Part shown: positions 38,988 through 53,500 of the stretch, one piece after another | Layout: every line of letters starts with the position of its first letter | Position numbering within the stretch: the stretch's first letter is position 1 | Source of the DNA: Paragordius varius | Taxonomy: Eukaryota > Animalia > Nematomorpha | DNA length: 64,000 nt | Direction: 5' to 3' | Assembly: GCA_964247055.1 (NCBI GenBank) | Contig: OZ176050.1 | Coordinates: 6,448,001 to 6,512,000, forward strand | Translations under genes and position numbers: made by a program | The notes under the pieces: generated by a model | What the model was told of the DNA's origin: nothing | Databases searched by the model: none | What the model saw: the letters and a program-made list of their open reading frames with translations, nothing else

Positions 38988-39360
38988 TAAGCACATATAA
39001 ATTAATAAATTATGGTATTTTATTCTTGCTAATAACATGGAGAACATTTAAATTAAATACCAATTGCTTGATTCTAATCAGGGGTGTCCATTATGCGCTC
39101 CTCAAAATTTTTTTTACTGTCTGCGAAAATTTTACAAAAAAATTAAACAATATAACATTTTAAATAAAATATCTTAGTAATATTAGAAATATCATATACT
39201 TTAAATTATTATATTTAATAATAATTTATACATCATATCTATATCCCTTCATTAATACCAAAAATATTTCGGTGATATTTTAACCGTTAATATTCATATA
39301 TACCACATAATACTTTTAGATTGGATTTCATAAATAACCATTGATTTCTTTAACACTTTG

Positions 39361-39900
39361 ATTCAAATTGGGGTATCTAAATACCCCAGACTAAATTTAA
39401 GTTAGGATTTTTTAAAAACTACTGAAGAAAACGGTCCCAATTTAAATTTTTGCTTCTATCCTAATAAAAATTATATAAAAAAATTTTGTTTTGAAAAAAA
39501 AGTATCATGTCAAACCACTTCAATGCCATTTTTATTTTACAAAATTTTTGCAAAATGTCGTCTTCATTTAACTTTAAGGGTAAAATTAAACTATTTTTTT
39601 TTATTTAAATTACATCTAACACTGATAGATATAGAGAAAGCGGTTTATTTGGTATTACTTCAATTTTACCAATGCACACATGTTACGTTGACTAAATTTT
39701 TACCTTTGGGTTTTAGCTAAAAAAAAGTAATATCAAGTATATATGGATAAAAGTTTTTTCATATTCTGGTTTATTGATGTTATATAAGTGCAAAATTTTG
39801 CCATGGTTTCGATTCCTTTATAATTTTAAACAAGCCTGAGTTATCCAACTACCCCAATTTGAATCGAAGGACTAAAATGAATGTGTTGCATCCAAGTGTT
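39361..39900. mobile_element. Interspersed ~540-bp repeat, copy B
   Basis: Direct-orientation homologue of 29798-30342 with the same 5' hairpin, sub-terminal inverted repeat and 3' extension. Confidence 0.65.
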
Positions 39901-41544
39901 AAGGTAAAAATTATATTCCATTTAAAATCGTATAGATGAAAACCATAAAGATAATTAAATTAATTTTTTTTATCTAAAATAAACTTATTTTATGTTTTTA
40001 ATAAAGTTCATGATTGAAATATAATAAAATTATTGATGCCGATTTATTTTTTTTGAGCTGAAAAGCGGCCAGTAAATTCATTTGTTTTGGGCCCCCGGAC
40101 CTATAAAACTACTTTTAAAAATAATAAAATTAAGATTAAGAAATCTCGATTTGATTGACCATAAAAGATATAGAAATTTAACACTGTGCGATAGGGATAA
40201 CAAAAATAAAATATGCATATACAAGTAAAGGTCTAAATACCTCACCGAATGAGATAAAAATTTATAATAATAATAAGCTAAGCCAAAACCAATTCGCATT
40301 TTTCTTGCACTAAGGATAAAAAAAAGAAAAAATCTAACCTAAAAGCTTTTAAAAGTTAATTATTAACCATAATATACATTTATTTGCCTGTGTTTGAACA
40401 AATTTATGGAAAAAATAGCGGCGAAAAAGTTTGAGATGGGGATTTTTACAATTTTATATTTCTTAATATGCGTATTATAAGCTTAAAATGATAAAGAACG
40501 CATATTTTAAAATTCCGACTAAATTAAATACATTTAAAGATATTCAAATAAAACTACACCAAATGGTCATGAAGTGTTTAAATATTATGCAATGTTTAAT
40601 TATGAGCCAAAATACTATGGGTCTTTAAGCGATTTTTATAAACTCGAAAAATGGTTTACTTGCATCGCGTCCTTTGAAAATAAATTAAAAAAAACAAATA
40701 TGTAATATCCCGCATATGTGAGAAAAAAGGAACACCAAAAGATGCCATTATAATTTAACCCATCGAGCCTCAAATTTTTAATTTCCTAATATTTAATATC
40801 GAAATGAATAAATGAATTCGCTCAGCCGTTTTACACAAATCATATAACCTATGAATAAGTAACAATGTACAAAATCGTACCAAAAGCCCTAAATAATAAA
40901 GTAACGTCCCCTAACCTGAGGCATATAGCGCAGGAAGGCGATAAGAGTCGTTATACATTGGCGGTAAAGAAGCCTGTTACAGCCTTTTCTGGATACCTGG
41001 ATATAAATGCTGCTTAAACGATTAATATCGATCGTGTTTAAGCTTAAAAGTTAAATTATCTTGCAAATTCTGCCCACATTAATTCAAAGTATAAGCTAAT
41101 AATAAGGCAACAATTTTGTCAATGTATGTTATAAATTATAGTAAAAACTGGTTTTATCGAACAAAAAAAATTTGCCAGTCATCATAACAACTAATTATTT
41201 TATTTCTTGTGATATCCAGCGATTCCAAAATATCTACTGTGTTTATGATACCAAATTTACAGAATATAAAAATATTATTAATTTTAATTGTAATTTGATT
41301 TGTATATAGTTTATTTTTTTAGTTCTCCTAAAACTGCGATCCTTATTTTTTTTATAAAATTATTCATAATTAAAGTATTGGGATTTTTCTGTTGTTTTAT
41401 ATATATTTATTTTATTTGGTTAAACTTTAATTATTCTTCATTTATTTAAAACCATTATAAATATATATATATTATATATATAAATTTGCTTAATTTATCA
41501 GATGTATTGTGTGTTTTGTGTGGTATTGTATTACTTAAAACAAT

Positions 41545-44500
41545 ATGATACGTCCTAAATCTTTAGCGGATTCATGTATAAATCTTTTGATTAATTTATT
41601 AAATAAATTATATAAATCACGTTTTATCCTGCAAGAAATCGAACAAAAACTGTACATAAAAAAATACAAAGCAAGGTCTGATAAACACGAGAGAAAGTTA
41701 TACAAATTATATCGAAAATATATTCATTTACCATTTACCAAAGAAATTCAGATTGATAAAATTTATGCCCTCACAAAAATTTTATCGGATGTAAACCTTA
41801 AAGAAAATCCTAAAATTCGAGCTATATTTGAAAAAGTAATACTAATTAACAAGCTGGAATTTATTTTTATAAAATCATGGCTTATCCATATGCCTCCATA
41901 TTATATAAACGATATTATCATAGAAAGATTGGATAATCCAAAAATTTCATCTGAATGTTTAGAATATTTTATTAGATTCCTTATAAATTTACCCAAATTG
42001 TTTACATTGAAAAGCTATCAGAAGCACTTAATTGACTATGTTACTGATTCCATAAAATTTTCTAAATTAACTTTCAAATCTCACACGATTAGCGAGGAAT
42101 TGCTTCATATTATTTTAAATAATAATCATTTAACGATGCGTCTCCAATACCTTGATATATTTTTGCCTCCACGAACCGATGTACCACAAACATCCAACTT
42201 TGCTAAAACGTTTCCTAATTATTTCCCTTCAACCGAATCATCAACACCCTTAATGCAAAAGTTTGATTCCAAATTACATTTGTTGCGGGTTTTTAATTTA
42301 ATAAACCCGCCTAACGGTTCTGATGTTAACCTTAAGGTCTTAAATGTCGGACGCTTAAATCTACAAAACATTAATGTGGCTTACAAAGCCTTTTGTAGAC
42401 TCCACAAACAAGAAACAAACAATATCTGTCGAACTGACTCGAAAGTCCATAAAGATTTTTCAGATTTTGATCAGCACACCTCCACAAAACGCAGGAAAAT
42501 GGAACATAATCGATTGGAATTTCTTATCATAACAGAATTACTTATTTCACCGCATTCGAATGAATTGACTTTTTTAGAACTTGATAATTTGCCAGAAGGA
42601 TCTGGACCAAAGTGTCCAAATTGTTTTACGCCATTGATTTTACCTCCTCCCACTAACTCTAATGCGAATCAAATTACACATTTTGGAGGTATATGCTTTG
42701 TAAAATTTAATTTTAAAATTATTTGACAATATTAATATATTTTGGATGACTTTCAACTAGTTTATAAATTGCCTTTTATATTTAAAAATTTGAAATTAAT
42801 TTTTTTGCGACAAGAGTTTTGCTATTGTATCTAAAAATTTGTTTAAATATTATTTAGAACAGGAGTGTCCGACACAAATAAGTCTGCTGGCCGCATTTTT
42901 TACCCAAAAATCCGGCGCGCATTTGAAATATGGGTATCATAATATATACATTTCAAACATAAGGCTGTAAAAGCACAATACAACATTTTTTTCTAGTTCT
43001 TGTCAATTGGAGAAACATATTTAGATAAATGTCTAAGAAATATTAATTTAACCAGCATTTTGTTTGTGACCATATTTTTGCTAGTTATGGTACTCCAAAT
43101 TTTCCGCAGGTCGCACATTAAGTTTCAGAGGGCAGCATGTTGGGGACCCCTGATTTAGAATGTAGTTTTATGCATTTATTCTAATAATTTTCTTTTCATT
43201 TTACTCTATATGTACGCATGAATTAGGTGGTGGTAGTAATAATCAAAATGTAACTAATCCAATCACCGACACAAATATGTCATCATTGACGGAAAGAAAC
43301 ATCAATGATCTAAATTCCTACCTTATTCATTCTCTTCGTCAAGATTTTAACAATAATAATGTTAATAACACCAATAGTTTTTACACAAATCGCCTATCAT
43401 CCATGTCAGAATCGTCATATAGCGGTTCTACATCTCTAACATCAAGTTTTGTAAACGCTGATGGTGAGGACAAACCAAGTACCTCCAATGTCAAACAGCC
43501 TCGCACATCATCCCGAAACGAGAATGAAAAAACTATTGATAATATTTTCTCAGACACTTCTGACAATAATAGTTCCAACTGTCCCAGTAGTAACTCCAGT
43601 AGTGATTCTTGTGATGACGATAGGATGATGTATAAATCTCTTCATTCTGAATCTAAGAAAGTGAAAGGCCATACTAAATCGGTTATTCCCAAGGACTCTG
43701 TAGATTCATCCTGCAAAAAAGATAAATTGACACGTATTGATAGTACAGCAAGTGAAAAGTGTTTACACAACACTCCCAAATCACCTAACACAACAACCAA
43801 GTCAAAGAAGAATAAAAAAAAGAAAAAACGTTTTACGAGTTTTGACTCTGGACACAATCCACCAGATAAGGAATCTTCTACAAGTGCCTCGAATGTCACA
43901 CAAAATTTAGGAACTAATGATAGTAATGGTGGCAATATAAATGATTTGAATGACAATGTTGTTTCCAACACACAGCTTAATATAAGTGATCGTTATTCCC
44001 CCAATTTTACCTTACCCCATACATTATATGGCCCACAAAATAATCTTCAAACCCAAACATCATCAACTTTCACTACTGAATCGATTGCTAATAATTATAA
44101 CAGTCCTTTACAAACTGATCATACACTTTTACCCAACAATAGCGAAGATATAGCTCTACAGGATAAATTTGATGAACCCATATGCCCAAAACTTTATGGT
44201 GGCAACTCAAATCATTCTGGTCACCTGCGTCGAATACCTAAGCCTTCGGCCATTCAACAATTACGACATATGTTGGGTGATAGGTGTACACAATCCTTGA
44301 AATATTTGGAGATTCAAAATTGTGATTATCTCACACCCCAAGATTACGGTCATTTATTTAGTGGGTTCGATCACCTGACTCACCTCATACTGTATAATGC
44401 TTTTAGCGAGGATGCGTTAACGGCCATTTGCAAGCTTCAGGGATTAGAGTACTTATATTTTGTTCTTTGCATATGTGACATTTTTTTTAAATGATGTTAG

Positions 44501-47500
44501 ATGAAAATTACAGGTTTTCTTTTCCTTCCATAGATTTCTGGATATTTCTCAAAGTTATGAAATAGAATACACGGATCCGCAAGCCATACTTGATTCAATT
44601 TTTCAAAATTTGCCGCGCATAAAAAGTTTGGATCTTTCAGGGACAAATTTACCCGGTCATGTAGTTTCCGAATGCGAATTTGTGGATGGTATTAGGTATA
44701 GTTTCCGTTTTCTTACATAAAGGTATAAATGCTTATAAGAATATTTGCCTTAAATGATATTTTAAATATTAGAAAAAGAACTTCATATTTGTCTGGTTTC
44801 AAGTATTATGATAAGACATTGGACTTCTTAGGCCTTGTGAACACAGCCAACAATGCATGCCAATGTTCCAACATTCCCGCTATTAAAGTATTTATATATA
44901 TTTCATACCATTAACTATTTAACATAGATGAATTGAAGTTTAATAGAAAATCTTAAGATAATACATTTATAACTTCACGCTCAATAGAAGCATATAATTA
45001 TAATCCATGATTATAGTGTTCATCAAAGCTGTTGTTCTTCAGAGTTGAAGGTAGCTGATTTGAGATAAGTTTTTATTGCTGTTTTCCAATTGTTTCTATT
45101 TTCCGCATCTTCTATTTTTAATTTGGTCTCAGCAAGATCATCATATATAGTACTGATCCAGCTTTTGAAGGGTCTGCCAGGCTTTGAGCTAGGTGTGGAG
45201 TAGGATATCATTATATGTATATAATTATCTGGTGGTCTACGATGGATGTGACCAGCCCATCTCAGCCTTTTAGCTCTTAGAAAGCGGTCAAGAGCAGTGA
45301 TATTAAGGATTTTATAAGGGTCAAATTGATTATTAAAGTTAAAGAGTTTAGGATTATGTACAAAAAGTATTGTATTGAGTATTTTGGATTCTGATCTTTG
45401 GAATTTACCAAGGTTTGACTTTGTCATGGGCCAACATTCCGTGCCGTAGGTTAGTGCGGGACGGATAATGGTAGAATATAGTTGCGATTTTGTTTCAAGT
45501 TTTATGTATTTATTATTTATTATGTGTTTTAGTGCATGGTATTTTTTCCATGCTTCAGATGATCTGTGTTTGAGGCCATCACTGAAACCTCCTTTTGCGG
45601 ATATTTCGTCACCCAGATATTTAAAGTGAGTAACAGTTTCGTAATTGTAGGTATTAGGGATTGAGTTTAAATTTTGTTCTGGTATGGGTAGGTTGTCGAT
45701 GCAACTTGGGCAAGTAAAGGCATCAACCTTAAGTGATTTTAGGTTTGAGCATTTTTTATGTATCCAGTAATTACATTTAGTACACAATATAGAATTTGCC
45801 TTTACAGCTAGGCTGCAAATTCTACATGGGTACTTAATGGGCTTTATTATATTGTCGTGCATTAGTTTTGTTTTGCAGGGATTGATTTTAAGGCCATGAC
45901 TTTCCAAGCAATTTTTCCATTTGTCAATAGATAAGATGAGATCGTCTTCAGATGAGCCCATTATTACCAGATCATCTGCAAAGAGCAGTTCCCAGGGTAA
46001 GCCCCTGCGAATGTTCTATGTAATCTCATCAATTATAATAATGAATAGTAAGGGACTCAGGACAGAACCTTGGTGCAGCCCTGAGTGTATATTGATGGAT
46101 TCTGATAGGCCATAGAAAGTTTTGATTTGGGCTTTGGAGCCGGAATATAGCAACATTATGCTTTGGATAATCCATTCTTCGATTCCCTTACTTCTTAGGG
46201 CCCATGTTATCATCGATCTTGGGATAGAGTCAAAAGCCTTTTCTAGGTCGAAGAAGGCATAATAGAGGGGTGTATTTCTGAGATGGGCTGCTTGCATTTG
46301 GCGGAGTATGAAAATCGCATCAATTGTGCTTTTGCCAGATTGGAAGCCAAATTGAATGTCGTCTAGATGAACTTTAAGTTTAATCTTATTGTATAGAATG
46401 AGCTCAAAAATTTTAAAGGTGTGTTCCAAGATTTTAATGGGCCTAAAAGAGCTAGGTAGGAGTGAATCACCTTTTCCCTTGTAGATGGGTATGATGATGC
46501 TGTTTTGCCAGTCTTCAGGGATGACTTCCATTTGTATGATGAGGTTAAAGAGGTTAGATAAATGATCACTTATTGTAGCAATGGGTTTAAGAATGTCGAC
46601 AGTAACTTCCGACAATCCTGGTGTTTTACCGTTCTTTAATTTTAGAATCGCCGATTGAATGCAATTTGCATCAATGAATTCGGGGCACCCTAATGTTGGC
46701 GGTACATGGGGTAGGATTGTGTTATTTTCTTGATTTAAAGTATTTTCAAAGTAGTTTGCAAAGGTTTTATTAACTATGGTAGGAATTTGACAGATGTTGT
46801 TATTGTCTGTTTTCACCGATTTTATATATGTGGTGGTGTTGGTTGGGTTTGAATGTTTGATGTATTTGTATATTGTGTTATTTTCTGTATGTTCGTCAAT
46901 ATTTTCTGCAACTTCAAGGGCTTTAATGTTTATAGCTTTACGTATTTCTTTTTGGCAGTTTCGTTTTGCAGATAGGTAGATGTTTTTATTTTCAATCGAT
47001 GGATTTTTCCTGTAGTTTAGGCTGGTTTTGCGTTTAAGTTGAGTCAATTTACGGATATCTTCATTCCACCACCAATTGTGGGTCGAAGGAATCCGCCGAT
47101 TATGCTTTGAACGTCCAACCAAGGAATCAAGAGTATTGACGCATATAGTTTTTATATTATTCCATATTTCATTTGGGTTAGATAATGTTTCCTTTGTCGA
47201 TAGTAGTTTATCAACTGTGGAAGCGTAGGAATTTTTTATATTATCATCTTTAAGTTTCCGGTATCTCATAGGTTGTTTCTTTGTGGGGGGGTGAGTAATA
47301 GTATGGGTGTTTCTTATTACAAGTTCTAAAATCATTAGTTTATGGTTTAAATTCAAGCAAGGTATTCCTTTGATATTAAAATAATTTCAGCTGGAACATT
47401 AATTCGCTAACAATCCATGATTATAAATATATTATAATTTATTTGAAATGTCATATGGAAGATCTAATAGTTATGGTTATACCTGTTTTGTTTAGTTATC

Positions 47501-50500
47501 AATTAATACTTTTATATACTATATTTTCTACATTTCAAATTTCTTAAAATATTTAATGTTTATAGGTAACCGGCGATGGTAATGAAGAACAAATATTCAA
47601 TTCCCTGGAAACTTATACTAATCGTCCGGAAATTTTACAAAAATCAGCCACTGATTTATTCCTACTTTTCCGTTATTCTACTATACGTAATATGGGCAGA
47701 GCTTTAGAAGTATGGTTTTTGATGTCAATTAACCAATATTAATATTAAGCCATACCAGCTTTTTAAACTCATATTGCCCATATAAATAGGAAAATATAGT
47801 TGTGCAATGATTTTGGGGCATAAAAGTTTTTTGCATATTTCTGCATTTAGCTAATTATTATTTCAATAGGCGGTAGCTTTATTTTTCGACTATAAAATAT
47901 TTCTATGCATAATGAACATTATTTACATAGTAACGCTTCAATAATTTTGATGTCTGATGCAATTAATATAATGACATAATTTTTTAAATTTTAAACCTTT
48001 TAAAGTTTGTAACAATATATTTTTATAATCATATTATGGTTTAACATGTTATATATTCTTAGAATGTATTGAAATTAATGAACCCTACCTATCAATGCGA
48101 TAAGAATGTGTTGATAGCTGCAAGCGCATGCCTTTTTTACATCATAAAAACGAGTGTACACCGCAAAGAACTGGATAATATAAATTCCCGGTTTGTGATA
48201 AACGCGATCCTCGAAACTATGGAAATGTTTCCCGATGAACAAAATGTAATTACGTTTTTATTTATAAACTTTACTCATTTTATTTTTCATGTAATGTTTA
48301 TGATTTAATTATATTTAGTTGAAAATTTTTAGGTTAATATTTTTATATTTTTTAGATGGTTCGAAACGGTTTGTTAACCTTATTGCAATTTAATATACCT
48401 GAAGAATTGCTATATGCTTTGGACAGAACGGTGACCATTTTATTAACTATATTGATTCGAAGATTGGGAACTACACGAGGTTTTAATCAAAATAATTGCT
48501 ATGTTTATTATATTTTATAAGATGAATTTAAATACATTTTTTGCATATCATTTTTTCAATAGATATTTTACACCCCACAAGTAGTAATATATTTAATGCT
48601 GCTTCCCTCATAAATTCACCTAGTTCTGTTTTGAATTCTCGGCCTTTACCAATAACTGAATCAAGTTCCTTATTTGCCGATAATTATTTGTTAGATCCAA
48701 TCGATTCTAACTTGGCCAATCAGGATTTGAATGACAACACTAATTTGTTGCAATCATATAATGATACTGCTATAGATAATATCTTTACAATGGACGATGA
48801 TTTATTCTTGTATAACACCAATTCATTGATTACGTCAAACGGTATATTATCAGACATATACAAATTTTTGTTAGTTCTTTTAAATTTTATTGATTTTTAA
48901 AGGAATAAAATTTGGATAAAATATATTTTGACCTATTACTTATTTAAAAACCTAATGATAATTAACTAAAATTTGCATATTTAATTTTGGCAGTGTCATT
49001 ATAAAAAATTGCTTTAACATAGAATGTGTATTTATGTTTTTAATTTAAGATCAAACGAATCTCTTGGATGATTACGATAACAATTCTTTGTTTTATTTTA
49101 ACCTTTTAATGATGGAAAACGAGGAAAATGTTCGTAGAGGAGCTCCTAATTTCCGAAGAGATACATATCGGTTTTATACTAATATTTATTAATCTCTAAA
49201 TTTTATATCTAAAATATTATATTTTTTAAATAACATTTATAGTAACACAGAAGGAGCCATCAGATTTATTGATGAAAACAGTGGGGAAGAACAACCAACT
49301 GATTATGACGAAAATGAGAATGATGATAGTATGGTGGAAAATGTATTACCTGAAAATGTCATTTCATTAGAAAATCAAATTGTGCAATCCGGAGAGACCT
49401 TAACACAGAATGACAGGTATTATTTTTGGTTGGCTTTTGTTTTCTAATATTGCAGTATCTACAACTCTTCCAAATACTTTTAAGCAAAATGACTTTACAC
49501 AAATAGATTATTGTCAATATTTATATATTATGGAAAATATAATGCTTTTCTCATTAGTTGTGATTTTAATTTTCAACACTAAGCTAAGTTTTAATAGTTA
49601 TATTTTGAGTGATTTAAAAAAGGACACCTTTACATTAAATTTATTTAGCCCTCAAACGGTCATCACCGCTTCTCCAGATATCCATAATCAAACTAATTCG
49701 ACCAACAATGTATTACCTCAAAATCAAACCAATACCGCAAATAACACTAATAATATTATAATAACGACTACGAACACAACCCAAAACGACAATTTTAACA
49801 ATAATGCCCCTATACAAATGTTGAATAATACCAATAATAATTTTATAAATACTACCAATAATAATAATGATATGGTAGTTTATCGATTAGATCGATTAAT
49901 ATTGCGACTTAGTGTTAGCATCCTAAATAGTATAGTTTGTGCCATAAATACGGAACAAAAGCAGCGAGTCGGATTACACTTGGGAACTATAAAAGTTTAC
50001 AATTATATATGCCATAGATAGGGTTGGGTCGTCTGACCTGTAATTTAAATAATTAAATTTAAAATATATGTTATTATGTAAAATGGTTAACCAAAACCAA
50101 AAAAAAACTTTTTGAAATTACAAAACTTAATCATATTTCATCGATTGTTAACATTGGATTTTGACACTAATAAAATAATTTGAACGGTTAGCTTTATTTT
50201 ATATGGTTTAGTTGATTATATATTTTGAAATTGTTAGCGATGATTGCTATGACCATAAATTATTGCATTACCCAGACGGGTAAAAACCCAACTCCATACT
50301 ATTATATATAGAATTAAACCTATCAATTACGAAAAATATTGTATCTTCATAGAGTATTAACGTGGTATATAAATATATAACCTAACTATTTCTATATTTT
50401 TTTTCCTTTAATAATCTAATTTAGGTTATGTTGCGCATTATTCGAACGCGGATCGACACCGCTACTTGTGATGAAATTTTAAATGTTGCATGGAGCACTC

Positions 50501-53500
50501 TATGGAACATTACTGGTTAAAATATTTTAATCATATTATCGATAAAATTCTTGTTTATTGTTATTATATATTTTACCTAATACTGATAATTTTATCTCAT
50601 AAAGGTTATTTATTGATTATATCAATTTTTTAATAACTTAGATGAAACTCCTGATAATTGTGCATGGTTTCTAAAGCTTGGAGGAATGAATCTTTTTATG
50701 CTTTGTATACAAGTAATTCATAATTTTTTGCAAAAATATTTAACAGATAGTTAATTAAATTTTAAGAATTTTATTTTAACTTATACACATAAATGTTTAT
50801 TTCAATACGCAGAAATTTAATGAAAAGGAGTTATACCGTAATATGCTTGGTTTGTTGGGCAATGTATCTGAGGTCAAAGCTTTACGTCCCTATCTAATGA
50901 AAGATGCTTATATACAAACATTTTAGTAAATTACATTATCAATATATATTAAATTATTGTTTTTGAATCATTATCCTGCTGATTTTTAATGGATAACGCA
51001 ATTATAGGTTTAGGTGAAAAGCGCTTTTTTTGTTTATAGTTGGTGAAATTTACGGAAAGATCAAATTTTTATTTCTTTACTTAATATTTTTTGCTTTTGT
51101 GTAATTTATTAATCAGCTTTTGAATTTATATTATTGAACACTTGTGTTCATTGTAATTAACGAGATAACCACACACATTTAATCATCATTTTGCAGACGC
51201 TATAGTCAATAATTTACATATTTTAACCAAGTTATTAATTGTCTTTATATTGAAGCGTTAAACCTTTTTTCGTTCTATAATAAAATCCGCCTGACTGCAA
51301 TATCTTAATATATTTTCTGTCTCATGTAGTGATTTACTCTACAATTTCATTGATGGTATTGAAATTGCATATAATTCAGCCGGTATTTTGGCACACCTCC
51401 TTAGCGATGGGACTGAAGCTTGGTCCAAATCTAACATTACGGCAGTTAAAAGAGATGATGTCCTTACAAGGCTTCCCGACACCATAGATAGATGGAATAT
51501 GGATTCCAAACGAAACATAAATTATAGGTTATTCAAAATTTAGTTTTTTTTCCATTTTTACTGCTTTTTTTACTTACAGTAAAAAGTAAAGTTATGAAGA
51601 TAAAAACATAAAAAATAGAAGACAATATCATATTTGTTAGTTGAGAAGACTATATTTTTTATCCCTTAAATTAAGTCGATTACCTATTGTTTTGGGTTGC
51701 AAAACAAGGAAAAGATATTTTTTTTCAAAAATTTTTGGTTTTTTATATTTATATCACGTCTTCATAATTTTATTTACTGTTCTATATAATAGATTCGGTT
51801 CAAAATATTGTTATAATATTATATATGATGAAATGCATATAAAAGCCGTCTCTTTTAGCCTTTTTTGCAAAATATTACCAAATTTTACAATTTATGTTTA
51901 TATTTGATTTTTAATGCGCCTTTGTAAATTAAAGAAAACACCAAGGTTTTCACCACCCTTAATTTTTACGTTTCCTGTAAACTTAAAAAATACTATTAAT
52001 TTAGGCCTATATTTTACCTTATAAAAATTAGATAAATTTTACAAAACATATTTCATGTTGATAGAGCGGAGAAAACTCTACAAAATGAATATATTTACAA
52101 TAACACTTGACAACAGTTTAATGTTAAAACCGAATCTGAAATTATTGATTTTACATAATTACAGGTTTTTGAAAACAAAAATATTGACTATTTTTTATGA
52201 TATCTTTAGGAAAAAATTTATATTATCAAATTTATATCAATTATTGAAGCGTTAAGAACTCATTTTTGAATACAGATTCAGTTTTATATTAGTTTGAAAA
52301 AAGGTTGGGCCTAAATAGTAAAATTTATGGATTTTTTAAAAGCTAATTTTATAGTTCTGTATTCGTATAAAAAAATATTGAAAATAGATTTTGTAGATTA
52401 AAGTATCGCCTATCAGAATATTCCACATAATTTTTGGTATAATTTTGGTTATTTATAAGAGTAACGACTCTTTTATATTATAAATACCTAAAAAAAATTA
52501 CAAGTTTCTGCCATACTTTATTTCCTCGTGTAATTTTTTATATTTCAATAAGTGGATGTTGTAAATTTCAAATTACAAACATAGGATCTCATATAAACGT
52601 TAAATATTAATTTACAACAGGACGGTAAATTTTAAATAAGCTCTCAAGTAATAACATGAAAATAATTTATAAACATATCTCACTCATCAAAATAATTATG
52701 TATGTGAATTTACATTTTAAGCTATTTTGATAAGTTATATTAAAAATTAATTTTTCTATATAATATATTTATTAAATTCATAATTTGTAAACCTTAAATT
52801 TATATTTAATTTTACTATAAAATCTCCCACAACATTTTTGTTATGAGATATCCTTGCCATAGTATTTTTAAAAAACATAATAGAATTCTGTATAATTCTT
52901 GCCATATATTGGCATACGCCTGAAAATATGGCCTTGTATTTTGAATTTTCTAACCATAATTGTATGCGACATGCATTGCAATTTTTTTATGGTAAGTTTA
53001 AAGATGTTAATATACATAATAAATCCAGTAAGCCCGTGTTATTTGTGTATGGCAAGAATTGTTAATAATCTTATATTTTATAATTATTATGGAAAGATAT
53101 CTTTCTTATAAAACTCATGATTGGAATGGTGTGGTCGAATTTAAAGTTATAAATTTGTTTTGTTGTGAATGAATTATAAAATTAATTTATATATGAAAAA
53201 AACCTAGGAGCTTAACCTTAATGCAAAAAATTTTTTTTGGCTTTTCAAAATTTGTTGAGTATACCAGTTTTGAAAATTTACCGAATTTAAAAGATCCTAC
53301 GTTTAAAATTTATCGTATTTATTCCGATTTCAAAGCAAGAAATCCACGAAGAAATAAAGTATGGCCGAAACCTGTATTTTTTCACGTATTTACAATATAA
53401 AAAGAGACATACTCTAAAAATAAACAAAATTATACCAAAAATATTTGAACAATTCTCAAAGGCGATACTTAAATATACAAAATCTCTTAGCAGTATTTTT

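Noticed and set aside
46016-46018. Programmed stop-codon read-through or a non-standard genetic code
   Set aside because: This is a single TAG in a truncated LINE copy without a known read-through context. All host genes translate cleanly with the standard code and end in TAA/TGA.
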